Source: Marsupella aquatica
Lineage: Eukaryota > Plantae > Marchantiophyta
DNA length: 64,000 bases
Reading direction: 5' to 3'
Assembly: GCA_973895155.1 (NCBI GenBank)
Contig: OZ316896.1
Location: 5,880,166 to 5,944,165 of the forward strand
Each line of letters begins with the position of its first letter. Positions within the stretch are counted from its first letter, which is position 1. Of the stretch, positions 47,267 to 60,999 are shown one piece after another. The position numbers were made by a program, and so were the translations under genes. The notes beneath the pieces are model-generated. The model did no database searches. It worked only from the letters and a program-made list of their open reading frames with translations, and was not told the DNA's origin.

Positions 47267-49769
47267 ATGATTCTCAACAAATTGAAGACTTTGAGCCGAC
47301 CCAAAGCGTCATGCCCGCTTGGATCATCAGCGGCTCGGAGCGTCCAGACTTCATGGCGAACGCTAGGTGTCATCGTCCTCCTCCTGGTGCTGGCTGCCAC
47401 TACACTCATGCTGGCTCACTTTTTCGACGGTGGGTGACTGACTAAGCCTTACTTACAAAACAAGTTTTGCGTCGCTCTACAATAGATTCCCACTTTAATC
47501 GAAGATGAAGCATCCAAGGAGTCAGCAGCTATGGTAATGTTCAGCACTCCACTTCTAAACCAAAGCTTGTCCCCGTGCTTCGAGTCACCAGCCCAACTTG
47601 GTGGCTTTCAGTTTTTCTACATTCAGCCGCTTCTCGTAGTCATCGTCTTACAGACTGATCAAGTCCGAGATCAAGTCACATTTTGATTGCCTTCTTTGGG
47701 TTTTTTTCGTACTCTTCCTTCTCCGACACTTCGTGATTGATTTCCGAATTTAGATTAAACCCTTTTCTCTCGAAAATGGAACCCTCGCGCGTGACGAAAA
47801 TTGAAAATTACATCAATGCTTCGACACTCAATCGATATGTGACCTTGCTAACCATTGACGGTCTGTCTCGTTGTAAGCCAGTCTGTGCCAATGAGCTTAC
47901 CCTAAAGAAACGCCATTACTGTGATTCTGTTGCTTCTAAGTATGTCTCGATGCATCACTGGTCTCTGCTTGTCACCTTCAACTATAGAAATTCGCGCACA
48001 TATAAATAATTATGTTTATCAACAACGTGATATCTAATAAATGCCACTCTCTCAAGCTAATGATGTGATTGGTCTTGAAATCAACAGCACACCTTCACGG
48101 AGATCAAATCTTGAAGCGCCTGCCATATCCCACGATTCCCAGGAGACTCGTGGAGGACTTGACAACGAATGTGGTGCGCCACAACTTAGGCCTTCTGTCA
48201 GTGCGCGACATTGTGGCCTTCCCGAATGAGTTGATGCTTATGATTGCAGTAGTGGACGGCACGTACCTTCCGAGCAAACATGAGCTCCAGTGCTTGTTTG
48301 GACAGAAGTACAAGACTGAGGTCTTCACGAGCGAGTGGAAGGATGACCTCGGTTCAATTCTAGCCGTGAGATGCAAGTATCCACCTGAACCTCATCTCGA
48401 GTCCCAACAGGCCACTGTGCTCGTGAAGGAGTCCAATGTCATCATTCCGTCGCGAGCGCAGTATCATGCAACAAATTCGTCGTGGCAACCTCTGGTGTAT
48501 GAGACTCTGACTCTTGCGGACAGCGTCCTTCTCTTTGTAAAAGGATTGCTGGACCGCCGAGGAAAGCCCTACAACTACTCGAAATCCTTCCATAAGCTGA
48601 GCTGTTGTTTCGGTGCATCCAGGAAGACTAAAGTTATAGGGGTGGCTCAGGAGGTCGTACGCTGCGAGCTTCCCTCGGGCAACCAGATTGAACAGCTTCA
48701 AGGGGCTCTGATCAGTCTCGCCGTACCAAAGATGGATATTCTTCCCTCAGTTGCTTACTTCGACTTAAATACTCGTCATCAAAGTACTACAATACCGGCC
48801 AGGAAGATGTTCTACATATGCTCGTGTACCATGTTGTGGAACGAAGCTCAGTTTTTACAAGAGTGGGTCATGTACCACGGATTCCTTGGCATCGAGAGAT
48901 GGTTTCTCTATGACAACAACAGTGAAGACAATGTTGGGGAGGTCCTGGCAGACTTGCAAGCGCTCAAGTACAATGTGAGTCACCATGCGTGGCCTTGGAT
49001 TAAAACGCAGGAGGCAGCGTTCTCACACTGTGCTCTCCGAGCACGAGCTGATTGCGAGTGGGTGCTCTTCACCGACGTAGATGAATTCGTGTATCCAGGC
49101 AAGGAGCTGAATATTCTGTCGCAAGCTCATGATAGTTCGTACTCGGATTGGCAGCGGGCTGACAACTCTCCTTCGCACTCGGTAATCCAGCCACGAGCAA
49201 ATAGCTCAAGTCAATCTAATCTATTGCGAAGACTAATCCAGGAGACTCTCAAGAGGGGTGCAGCGCTCGGGAAGAAGGTTGGAGAAGTGCGGCTGAAATG
49301 CCATAACTTTGGGCCGTCGGGACGACTCCATACACCAGAGGAGGGAGTCATGTTGGGTTACACTTGCAGGATGAAGCACCCGCAACGCCACAAATCGTTC
49401 ATTCTTCTCGAGGCAATGAGTGATAGCCTGCAAAATGTGGTACACCATTTCGCCTTGAGAGAAGGCTACGAGGAGATGGCAGTCCGGACTCGAATGGCCG
49501 TGATCAACCATTACAAGTTTCAAGCTTGGGAGGTTTTCAAAGCCAAATTCGTCCGACGAGCTGCGACTTATGTGTTGGATTGGCGGGACCAGACCGCCCA
49601 GACCAATGATCGAGCTCCCGGATTGGGGCTGGAAGCTGTTGAGCCGCAGGACTGGCCGGCTAGATATTGCGAAGAGGACGATCTGGGGCTCAGAAATTTC
49701 ACTTGGAATTTCTTCAGACATCCCCAGACCCAGCGGCTGCCTTGGCAAGCATCTAGGTTGCAAAGATGA
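47267..49769 (+). CDS. Glycosyltransferase family 92 (DUF23) type II membrane protein; exons 47267-47429, 48088-49769
   Basis: Exon 1 encodes a TM anchor (LGVIVLLLVLAATTLML). The phase-1 intron joins to the 566-aa ORF with CTMLWNEAQFLQEWVMYH..FLYDNNSED, WPWIKTQEAAFSHC, DVDEF, NVVHHF and INHYKFQAW. Confidence 0.92.
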
Positions 49770-51248
49770 TACCTGATCTTGATGATCTACTAAAACTGTC
49801 TTAATCTCCCATTCATAAAATATCGAGACCGAACCAAACATATCAGGATCTTCCTTTCCGGATGGATTCTCTCGACCATTGCTTCAAACCGTCCGACAGG
49901 AGTAACTTGAAATTTCTCAAGAGTTGGTCCGCAACGGGCTGCTCTATCGGATGTACAGGCATTTTATAATTCAAGTGGTTGATGGCTTCTTGACAACGGC
50001 AAAAGAAGCCATCGTAATTACCTTAGAAGCGCTTAATTGCTTCCGGTGTTGCTTGAGAATCGTATTACTCTTGAAGCAATAGCGTTGCCCCAACTCTGGT
50101 TGAATTTCTTGTCATTCAGATCCGTCCATGTTCCCAATACTAGACCAACTCCAAGGAGCAGACCGGGCCATGCCCAAACCAGGCCCTCCTTGCTTGTTCA
50201 ATTGATGCTACCTGAGATGCTACCACAGCCAGCACCAGTGGAAGTCATGCCCAAATCGAGATGGCAGATCCAATAAAGTTACCGTATAAGGGTTGGATGG
50301 TATTTTCTCGGGGATTTACAGCACCACCATGTGACCAAGCCTCATTATGTAGGAATGTCGTCATGAAACGAAGGCGACATCGAGGATCCTCGTGTACTGG
50401 TGAAATCAGTACCAGCATGTTCGACATACATCTCGAGAGCTCGTGGAAGAGGTTTACTGGAGTCCAGAAATTCAACCAACGTAAATATTCGCAAACATTT
50501 TTAGCAATACCATCTCACAAGTATTGACAGCAGATTCTGTAATTCAGGGTTCTCTCCAAATGTTCGCTCTTCCAGAGAAGAGAAAAATGTGTCTACATTG
50601 TGGTTTGGCAATTCTCCTAAATTGCTGTATGTTTGAATTTGTGAGCAGGTAAATGGTGCCGTTGTTACTTGACTAACACACACGCTAAGTTTGATATCTC
50701 CTACAAACATTTCCAGGCCTTCAGGTCGTTGATTGATTTGCTACATTGGCAGGCATCAGCCTGACAAGCTGACCCATGGCCTTCACACATCATTCCAGTC
50801 CGAACTCCGCACCATTAAATCAATCATCAATGTCGGGTACTGTCAAACACTCACTTGTCGTGCAACCTCCTAGACCTTGCAAAGAAAAATGAAGACATTT
50901 TACCAAACTTGCTCTGAAAAGCATTTTATTACTCTTGCGCTTGCTATTGACTGATAACCACGCATTGGGACAGCACACGGTCATGATGAATACTTGTGCG
51001 TGGAAACGCTCTTTCAGTTTATATACTTGCTTCCCAGACATATTTTGTTCAAGTCACTGATACAGACACATTGGACGGCAAGGTCATGATGAACACTCGT
51101 ACATGGAAAGTTTCTTCCCGTTTAGATACTTGTTTCCCAGCCATATGTTGTTCCAGCCATTCTCAAATGTAAGCCTCGAGACTCTGTCTACAACTAATTC
51201 ACAACCAGTCCTTCCTGCCTGCTGCTTTGGAGAGGGCTAGCCGGATTT

Positions 51249-53874
51249 CTAAATTAATGTTACACCACCGCTTAAGCCGGGAGTCCAAAGTCCCACGTCT
51301 GGAAGGATCCCTCGACGAAATCGTAGTAGCCTCCGTGCAGAGTCACCTTCTTCTCCTTTACAGCGTCTACTACGAAGGGGTAAGAGAGCAAGTTGTGGAG
51401 GGAGTTCTTCACAGCTTCCTGCAAGGAACGGGCGGCAACAATCATATCCACTGGTCAGCAAAGGCCTACATGCACTTCGAGTCCCTGATCCAGATATTAA
51501 TTCTAACAATGTGAAGACAAGCTTGGCTAAAAATCGATTATTAATTGGACATCTGCAATACGTCACTCATGTAATTTATTGCGCAAGTGTTGTCGTACTG
51601 CACCAAACAGGACTGGAATTTCTTTGATTGAGGAACCAATTACTCCACATTTCTAGTCTCATAAATTTCTACTATTTCCCCAGCGCATGCGCAGCTTGAG
51701 CACCGAGAGCTATTCGTTACGACATTCCTACCTTCTCGCAGGTCAAGCAGACTTCAGCTGTATCTGCGTGTGGCAGCTGAGCTTTCACCGCCTTCCGTGC
51801 TGGTTTGCCAATCGCTACCCATTTTTCGATGAAAGTGCTGCATGATGATCATTGACATGCCATACAGTCATATCCGACAGACTTGATCAGTTACTTCGTA
51901 ATGTTCATGTTATTCTAAGATATCTATTGCAAGCAGGCTAGACAGGGTATGCTACGAATCCAAGCGGTAAATCCACGGCGCAAACAAATCTCTTCTTCGG
52001 CAATCCACTTGAAGACCATCTTCATCGACTGACGCGGCCAATCTACAGTAGGCTGGAGATAACGAAACGACTAGCGAAAATTATGAATGTGTTGGTGAGG
52101 CCCACTTACGTTGAGTACTTTCCATCCTCTGGCGTCATCTTCACCAAGGCCCCAACTCCTCCACATGCTCTGTGACCAACAATTATGATGTGTTCAACCT
52201 GTACAGGACGATTTCCAGAACATTTAGTTCAATGTTGGATTTTGGATAAACCAACATAAGCAATTCGTGAAGATCGCTTACAAACTCGTCAAAGAGTCGC
52301 GGCTAAGCTTCTCTGACGCCGAGGGGTGTACATCGTAGAGAGCGCTATCGCGAGGATCGGATTTGACACATGTTTGCAACCTGAAACGTTTATAAGTGTG
52401 CTTATACTTTTCTGTAGGGAAAACAACTGATGAGCTTCTCTTATCAATGCCTTGATTTTGCTCCAAGGCTCAGACAAGCCTAAATCATCCAGTAGGATCG
52501 GTCCAGGATATATACTCGGCAGCTCCATGACAGGCATGTGTAACTAGTTGGCAGATCCTAAATCAGGTATGTGCACAGCTTGGGAGCTTCACCACCACCC
52601 ATGATGACATCTTTGGCTGGTTTTTCAGGTGCGACGAAGACAGCTTTGCCAAAGAGAGTAGTCGTGGCGGTAAGGTCGAGGGTTACTTCTCAAGACACAA
52701 CTAGCAAAAGCAATATACGTCATACCTTCAAGTGAAGGACAGCGTACTCCAGAGCGGATCCAACGCTGGGATATCCCTCTGTTTCAAATGCGGGTACCAG
52801 GTTGGCGACGTTCCGAATGATGAATGCATCCCCTGGTTTGAGCCCGAGAACGACGGCCGGGTCGACTCTCGAATCAGCGCACGCAATCACCATGAACTGT
52901 AGAAGACAAGTTCGGACAAATTCAGGTTACTGTCTACTCTGAGTGACAAACACCATACCAGATAGCAAACAGGACCCAGTAATCTATTGTGTACCATTGG
53001 ATTTCAGGATTCAACGGTTTTTATCATTACCTTTGGCCATTGTCCTGTCTTCAACTTGCCGAAGTGCTCTGGGTCCTTACTGTTTCATGCCAACAACTAC
53101 AGGTCAGGGTCCTATCCCAGCTAACCTACGATTCAAATTCAGTTGTTTAAGGGTGTTCATGTCTTTCACAGTAGGATATAGAAGTCATCAGGGGTAGTCA
53201 GAAACACAGTCCCGACTAATTCCTACAGAGAACCCGATCGGCCGTACTGGTGATTGAAACAAATCAGAGGTGAGTTCTACGATTGCTTTCCATAGGCCGT
53301 GGCTGTTACACGTTCGAGAATGTAGCAGCGTTCCATACAGATGATGTGGTAGAGCATGGATAACAGTCAATGTCAAATAAAGGACAAGGTGGGGCGGAGA
53401 ACCACACAGCAAACATGTCGTAAGTGAGAAGGGATGAAGATTTAGCTCCAACTTACTCATAAACATTCTTCTTGAATTTGCTGAAGCCATGGTCAAGCTT
53501 CTCCAAGTTAGTTTTCGGCTCAGGGGAGCTGACTGTTAACTCATCGAGGAGTGAAGCAAGCTTTGATGATACGACTGAACCGAGCTCGGGCTGTTCTCTG
53601 AGAATAAGCGTCGAAAATTGTCAGTCCTTGCTGTCTTGAATCAGGAAGGTGAGACACAGAAACGTTGCAGTTTTGAAATTCATGTACGCAATTCCGCCAG
53701 CCATTCCGTCGGAGTCTCAGTTCTCCGATAGAAAATAGATTCCCAACCAAACCCCAAAGATCATTTACATTGAACACACATTACCCTCCCTAGCGTGGAT
53801 GATAACCCCAGTGGAAGAACTCACTTGACTAGAGCTTGAATCTTCTTGTAGGACTGGTCAGTCTCGGCGGCCAT
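51249..53874 (-). CDS. BCA: Beta-carbonic anhydrase, at least 7 coding exons
   Basis: Exons encode [23 protein letters not shown] (C-x-D-x-R), [26 protein letters not shown] (H-x-x-C), [16 protein letters not shown] and [13 protein letters not shown]. An acceptor near 53903 implies further upstream exons. Confidence 0.93.
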
Positions 53875-56503
53875 CTTCGCAAATTCAATGTGAAAGTCAA
53901 ACCCTGTAACAAACGACAATCAGCACCGCCCAAGCGCGTTAAACATGTGGAATGGCTTCTTCATGTCCGGCCAAAAGGGCACCTGAGACAACCTGATCCA
54001 TCAGATGGACAATACAAACTTGGTTATCATGAGGCCAAAGAAGGACCCTACAGTAAATCACAGCATTCGTCAAATCCGGCATGCTGCAGATCGGTTTTAC
54101 TCCACACGAATATCGATAACATGATTTGAGCCCGACTCGACAACACAAACAACGGCAAAACAGATCGTCCCCCCCCCCCCCCCCCCCCGGGAACGCAAAC
54201 ACGAGATTGCAGCAAACTCCTCAAATGAATGCTGCGTTACGCCGACTCGGATAAGACTGCTGCCATTGTGACTCTAAAATTTATGTTTTGACGAGTGAAT
54301 GCATGTTGACAACCCAGTAAGAAATTTTAATGCGTCTTCGAGGAAAATTGATGGCTGCACAGTTAAAACGCTTGAGTTCTTTACACGATTCTTCGATTGG
54401 AGCAAGTCAACATTGACACGCATATGCCGTTTGCCCTGTGCCTTATCCAGGCAAATCGTAAAAGTCGAAGCTCCGATACTTCTCGCACTCGATAAATGGT
54501 AGGATTCCTTCGCAAACTAACTGTAGCGTTATGTTTGTCACATCATTGCCACGGGCAACGCCATCTTTGCACACGTTAATATTCAGACACAGTTACGTAT
54601 CAGAAACAGCTCGTGCTCGGTCATCTCTTGCGCTGGAGAAACGACTTTGTAGCAAAAGTACTTGAGAAACAGAAGATCAGCTTGCAACAAGAGTGGATTG
54701 GTTTGAGGGCCCATGTCCATCCTCATCAAAGGTTTTCCCACGACATTAGATGACAGTTATCTAGATTCAATACAAAGCTAGAACCATGGGCTACAGCACG
54801 TGGGGGACGAAGCCCGACAGCGAGGAAAGTAATAAAATCACTGACAGTAGATGTCAAAATCGTCCTAGTAGCAGGAGCCCGGATCCTACAAACGAATGCA
54901 TACGACTGGATAATTCCGAAACCAGGTAACGAAGCTTGGTGCCATCCTCTGCTCTACCCACCTTCCAAATCGGTGTGTCTAAACGTAGAATTGAGCGTTA
55001 ATGAATGGTCTGAAACGACACCATTATCTACACCGTCACTCTCGGTCTAAGGTAGGTGATGAGCACCAGGAAAGCCAACTACCCCATTGCTCAGAGTGAA
55101 GGAAAGTCTGTCAAGGTCGAGTCAGCCGACGCTCGACATTTCAGGGCGTATTCGCGAATGCTCGAAACCAGTACCCGATAGCGAAACTCCACCCATTAGA
55201 CAACAAGGGTGAGTGTGATCAGCTCTAATGTGAAGTTCTAAACGGAATGCTTGGCTAACCGTGTTGTGGGTGCATTGTGTGCAGTGATTCCGACATTACA
55301 GCCGATCAACCTCGCGGGCATGACTGTAGGGATTACCTTGCGAGCAACTACTGAAAGTGACCCCGTAGACCATTCACAAGTCAAAATCAAAACGACTTGG
55401 GCGTTCACCGAAGTGGCGTGCACGGCCGGGAGTCTTTTGATTCTGACGGAAATTTCAAAAGGACGCACGTCCTGACTGACTGGGGAAACACACGGATCAC
55501 AATGCGCCAATGAAGAGATTCACAATAAAAAACAGCGACGGGCAATGTTCAAGTAGACATCTGCGAAGCACTCACTTCTCCATATTTCTTCTCAGCACAG
55601 TAACTGCAGTCTAAACAACTCTAGGCCATTGCGAACAAATGTAACCACGAAAGGATGTAACCTCGTCTCAACTGCGAAAGGACAAATCCTCGTCTTCTCA
55701 CCGTGAGATAGGGAAAAGCAGAAGCTGTTAGGCATCTCCAACACCAACGAACAAGCTCGACATTAGTGACTGAGCCAAAAAGGCTGAATGACTGAGCATA
55801 CACACCTCTTACGGTTGGAGGCGGACAAACTCAGCTGGTAGAGCTCGTCGGGAGGAACAACGACTTTCTCCTTCCTGTTTTGGATACCGGAATGAGGAAC
55901 GGTGCACCATATATAATAGTCCGTCACACCGTCGCACAAACAGTGGCAACAAAGTTGCTCGAGCCCGAAGTGAGCTACTGTTGCTCGACGAACAGGATTT
56001 GGTGCAACGTCCTCTTCCCGGCATTGGGGAGCTAATCCAGCTCCGCAAATGAAGGATCGCTTTGCCTCCTTGTGGCATCTTCCTGCTGTGGTCATGTCAG
56101 GTCCTGTGGGGCCGGCTTGACCACACCCTTCTCCGCTTCTCACCAGAGCCACGAACGCCACGATGAGGTCTCAGCCTCCATAGTCCAGACATCCCTTGCC
56201 CAGTCGAGACCACGTGTCTTAATTTTTTAATTTCCAGTAATGGACCGAGACTCCTGGCGTCCTGCACCTCATCCCTCTGCCCATTCTCCTTCCCGCATTC
56301 CCAGAAAAAAACTATCCCGCCATGGTGCATCCTGTTAAATGTCGCCAATTTCGGCTCTGACCACACCAGATCGTGTTTCGTGGCCGACCTGTAATCGCCC
56401 CCAACTTGTCGATTTGGCGATCCCATTACACTGTAGTTGATGACTTCGGTCTTCTGAGCCTTGCTCATACTCGATTCCTTTCACTCACATCAGAGGCCGA
56501 TCC

Positions 56504-56539
56504 CTCCTCACCTCACCTCACCTCACCTCACCTCACCTC
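56504..56539. repeat. (CCTCA)n microsatellite
   Basis: About 7 units. Confidence 0.85.
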
Positions 56540-58520
56540 GCCCGTCACCTGCAGCGGCCCCAAGGTCGAAAGCAGGTCCCAAAAAACTCACCATATCTCT
56601 GTTCACGAAGCTCTGAGACTGCTGAGCAGACCCTGGCAGTCTCGCACCACCGTGACCTACCGACATGGCTGCACTCGACTGTGCATTGCTTTCAGTAACT
56701 AGACTCCGTCCAAGCTCCGCTGATCTCCGTCCATCTTGCGTATCGACGGACCGGATTTGAGGCTGAAGCTCAATCCCATCCTTAGTACCGTACACCTCAA
56801 CCTGCTGCAGTAAGTTCCGCGGATTGACCGTGCTCTAACAATTACCCTGGACGACAATGATTAAACTCCTGTCCTGGCGGCCGTGAATGATTGGGCTCAG
56901 TGAGAATCCAGGCATCCAGCGGACTCCAGTAGGTACAGTACCTAAATTGTACAGACGCCTCTGCCTAAGTGCACCGCACGGAAGCGCAAATCCGGCAAGA
57001 TGTACCAGTATTGCCATGTTTTCTGTGGGTTTTGCAGTTTTTATCAGGCTAACGATGTCTCCACTAAACCACAAATATGTAAGGGCAAAGTCTACCACCA
57101 GTCTTCCCTTTGTCTCCCGTGCGGTTTGCATTTTTCTTGTGTCCTTGATAATTCTGATGATGTCACCCCTAAACAAGAAGTATGTAAAAGTACAAAGCCT
57201 CGTGTTTTTTTTGCAAGGTGTACCACCAATCTTCCCATGTTTTCTATGGGTTTTGCAATTTTTTCTTGCATTTGTAAGTCTCACTACAGTACGTTGCCAG
57301 TAAACAACAAATATGTCAGTGCAAAGCCTCTCGAATGTTGTGCAGTTATGGGCAAGAGCAGAATTCACATGCAGATAAGTTTATACCACTGTTATGCAGA
57401 GTAACTGTTGCAATTATGAGATAGGACACACTACCTCGAGGCAAGAGATGGTCTCTGGACAATGCAGGGGTAGTGTAGCTACAGGTACTACTACTATGCT
57501 GAAGACTACATACACCCCCCCCCCCCCCCCCCCCGCTTTCGGAGCCCAAAACCCATCATTAAGTGCGAAGTCAAAGAAAAGTGCACTTATCACATAGTGT
57601 AACTCACGTGTAAATACTAGGCCCCGGCTTCTTTCCAAGAGTATGCACTTAGCGAGACGCTACTCTGTACAGGCAATTCTCATTTGACACTCATCAGACG
57701 GGGATTAACTTGTCTGGAGGAGAGGCAGATGGGTTACATCGTGGTTGGGACATTACTATTGTGTTCCCTACTTTACCCGGCCTGGTTTGATAGAAATGTA
57801 AAGCCACCTCAATTACTTACACTAATTCTTAGGCTACACTCTTGACTTAGTGTAACCTAGAAAAGACTTTACATCCATCCAAAATATATATAATCCGCCC
57901 TGAAAGATGGTGGGTGCCCTGGTTCCTCATGAAAATCCTCTGCCCTAGCATGCATGAATTAGTGTTGAGAAGCCCTTTTCCCCTCTAGTTGTTAGCAACC
58001 AGATTTTACACTAATTAATTACATGCTAACACTAACAGCCATGAAGGATGTAAATCTTTGGAGTTTCACATTTACTAGCTAGTGACAAACATTAAACAGT
58101 TACAAACAAGCCCACCAAAACGGAACCACCTCCAAGGGCCACCAAACCCACACAAAATCAGACGCTATGAACTACGTATTACCACGTACTCCTGGTGTTT
58201 TCCTTTGCCCAGCACCAACATGATGATCCCCTATGACTTATAGTAGTTTTTTTTGTCTGAGGCACTGGAAGTTTTAGGAAAACTCTGCTGTTATAGTGGT
58301 GGGACTTGGGAGCATGGGGAGTTTTAATTGTTCCTTTAGAAAGAAACTGAAACCACTCCTGAAAACGAGGAACCTGAGTTGTCCTTTGTTTGGCCATTTT
58401 TTTATAACTTGGCCATTTCCCTCAGAGGATGAACTATTACTTTCTACTCGTTCTTTCGTTCTCTTGGGTTGCTTTGTTTTTGGTCCTATGGTTTTGTTTT
58501 AGCTTTTTTCTCTGCTAGTA

Positions 58521-60999
58521 TAAATATATACACATACTTTTTACAGAAAAAGGCCAAATAGAGTACAAAAGAATAAACAAGAGAGGTCCCATGGACAAAA
58601 CCAAAACACAAAAGAAGTGAGCAAAAGAAAACCCTAAAAACCAAGAAAGAGGAACTAAAAGAAGTGAGCAAAAGGAAACCCCTAAAAACCAAGAAAGAGG
58701 AACTAAAACTACCGCAAATGGACCGAGGTCCTCATCATACCTAGCAAATGTGGCAACTAGCTAGTGGTCTACATCAAGTGTCGAAACTAGATCGGCAAGT
58801 GGGACAGGAATGTCCTCTAGGGGGGCTAGCCGCTGCGGAGTCACACTAGCACCCACTGTCAGAGATCGACGATAGACGGCCCGAGCTTGAGCACGCTGTA
58901 AGGTGACTGAAATGCGTTGGCGAAAGTGCGTGGTCAAAACAGATAGCGGGGGCCCGGTGGGACCCATCCGGCCGTGAACATCCCAAGCAGCTTGGCGAAG
59001 AAGCCCGTCGAACTGATGATGGAGATGCCCAAATATCTCAAGAGCAAGGGGCAGGAAGCTATCAGATGAAGCTCGTGCAACATATTTGGCCTCCTTCGTT
59101 GTTGTGCTCGTGATGCTGCTGCCCCTGCCGTTGTTGCTGTTGTCCCAATGATGTCTTGGCGCAATGGGTTTGCCACCACTACATCTGCCAAAGTACGGTG
59201 ACCTTCACGGACCATGGTAAGAACCGCTGTGATGGAGCACCAGGTAACTCGAGCACCACCTCCAGCTGCGCGCAGACCAAAGAGCCAGAGAGAACCTGAG
59301 CAGTCGCATCTCTCACAGCGTCGTGAACAAAATGGTTTCGCCGCCCAAACTGCATCGAAGAAGATGGACACCTGTGGCATCACAAGGCTTCCCACAAGTG
59401 CAAGTAGGATGTAAACCAGCAAGAAGTGGGTGGGGCAAGCCCATACGAAGACGCATGGTTGTCGCAAACTCCGCTGAAGACATCCGCAGGTGAGGAATGA
59501 CTGGATTGGCCTGAAGCCAGCCTCCTGCGCCCTTCCCTCCAGAAGAAAGAATCCGAGCTTGGTCCGTGTCAGGAGCCTCGGTGAGGATGCTGGAGAGGGT
59601 GAAAGCGTGCATACGCCCAGCAAGGTCTGCCTGAAGACGGACGGGGTCCAAGAATTAAAACTCCTGGAATGAAGGTAACGCAGCTCGAACAGGATCGAGT
59701 AATGATGATCGCGCCGTGCGCAAAAGAACCTGAAATGGGAGGGAACCCTCCTCGACCTCCATGAGAGACGAAAGTAAAAAAGGTCGATCCTCAGTAAGGA
59801 AACGATCTGCCAACAATGAGAAGGCGGCCGCCCACGCGCCCAAGAAGGCCAAAGGTGCAAGGCGCTCAGTGGAAGTAAGCCCAAAACCACCGTGAGAAAT
59901 AGGAAGACTGAGTTGTTGATGAAGCCACAGAGATGAGAGCAAAATACCTGGCCCTAAAAGAGAGGCCAAAGTCTCACGAATGGAGACATCAAACGCTCGG
60001 AGGTGTAGATAAAGATCCTCGGTAGGGGGATGTGTCCGAGCCAAATAGGACGCACGAGGGTGGATGCATCTCAACAACAACCCAAATGCTGCCTGAGAGT
60101 CTGCTAACTTCGGGAGCATAGGAGTAGGGGCTAAGGCAGCCTGGAGAGCGTCAGCAATGAAAGATGAGCAAAAGGAGGCGGTACCGACTGGGGAGCCAAG
60201 GACCCGAAGACCGTCGGCTGGACGTAAGAACCCAGGGGAAGCACAAGATCAGAGGGTAACCCAGCTGGACTCCATGCATGACTCTTCACCGGCTGAACCC
60301 ATAAACCGAGGCCCAACAAATGGGTGGAAAGGGTGGCGAGGGCAGAAGTAATAGCAACAGGTGGACCAATGATGTGGGTGTCATCTGAAAGGGAGGGGAA
60401 GATACACTGGGGTGGCCGCGGGGGCTTCCCGTAAAGCAGTAAAATGGGCAATGGCAAAAAGAGGCCCACCCAAAGGGTCACCTTGACGTGTACCTTCTGC
60501 AGAAGAAAGAGTGGTATACACTCCTGTAGAGGTGTGATGACTATAGAAGAGGGGGGCCTCGAACCCATAAAAACAACGGACAAAGGGGATAAGGGACTGG
60601 ATGTCTGGATCCGCTGCCCTCAAAGCACAAAAAATTGCTGCCCGAGAAACCGTATTGAAAGCATTGGAGACATCAACCTGGAGGACAACCCAATCAGGGT
60701 GGAGGTCCAAGGTAGTACGAATACCCGCAATAACTGTCTCACAACCGCCAGGAACGCCCACTGCAAACTGATGTGGAGAGAGATGATCCAATAGTGCAGA
60801 GCGATACTGCGATGAAAGTGTGCGAGACACCAGACAAAGAAAAACCTCTCCAATAGCTATGGGCCGAACACCCGGTGAAGACTTAGCCATGGCCAATAAA
60901 CGAGAAGCACTCAAAAGCCGAGAGACTGGAGGAGGCAAACGGCCGGCAGCAATACACTGGCAAAAGGAGAAGAAAACAAGAAGACCAGACTGAGGATCT
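58521..60999 (-). mobile_element. 5'-truncated CRE-type non-LTR retrotransposon (RT plus RLE), frameshifted, with 10-bp TSD
   Basis: RT motifs RPIAIGEVF, QFAVGVPGGCE, QVDVSNAFN, GTRQGDPLG and SLSDDTHI, plus a C-terminal CTCG..H..C knuckle and RLE. TSD TCTGCTAGTA at 58511-58520 and 61000-61009. Confidence 0.9.

Noticed and set aside
49233-49841. 202-aa antisense ORF (and similar short overlapping ORFs)
   Set aside because: Shadow of the GT92 coding strand; no recognisable motifs.
55238-57404. Several 90-180 aa ORFs upstream of the carbonic anhydrase
   Set aside because: No recognisable domains; probably UTR, intron or intergenic sequence, though a transit-peptide exon cannot be excluded.
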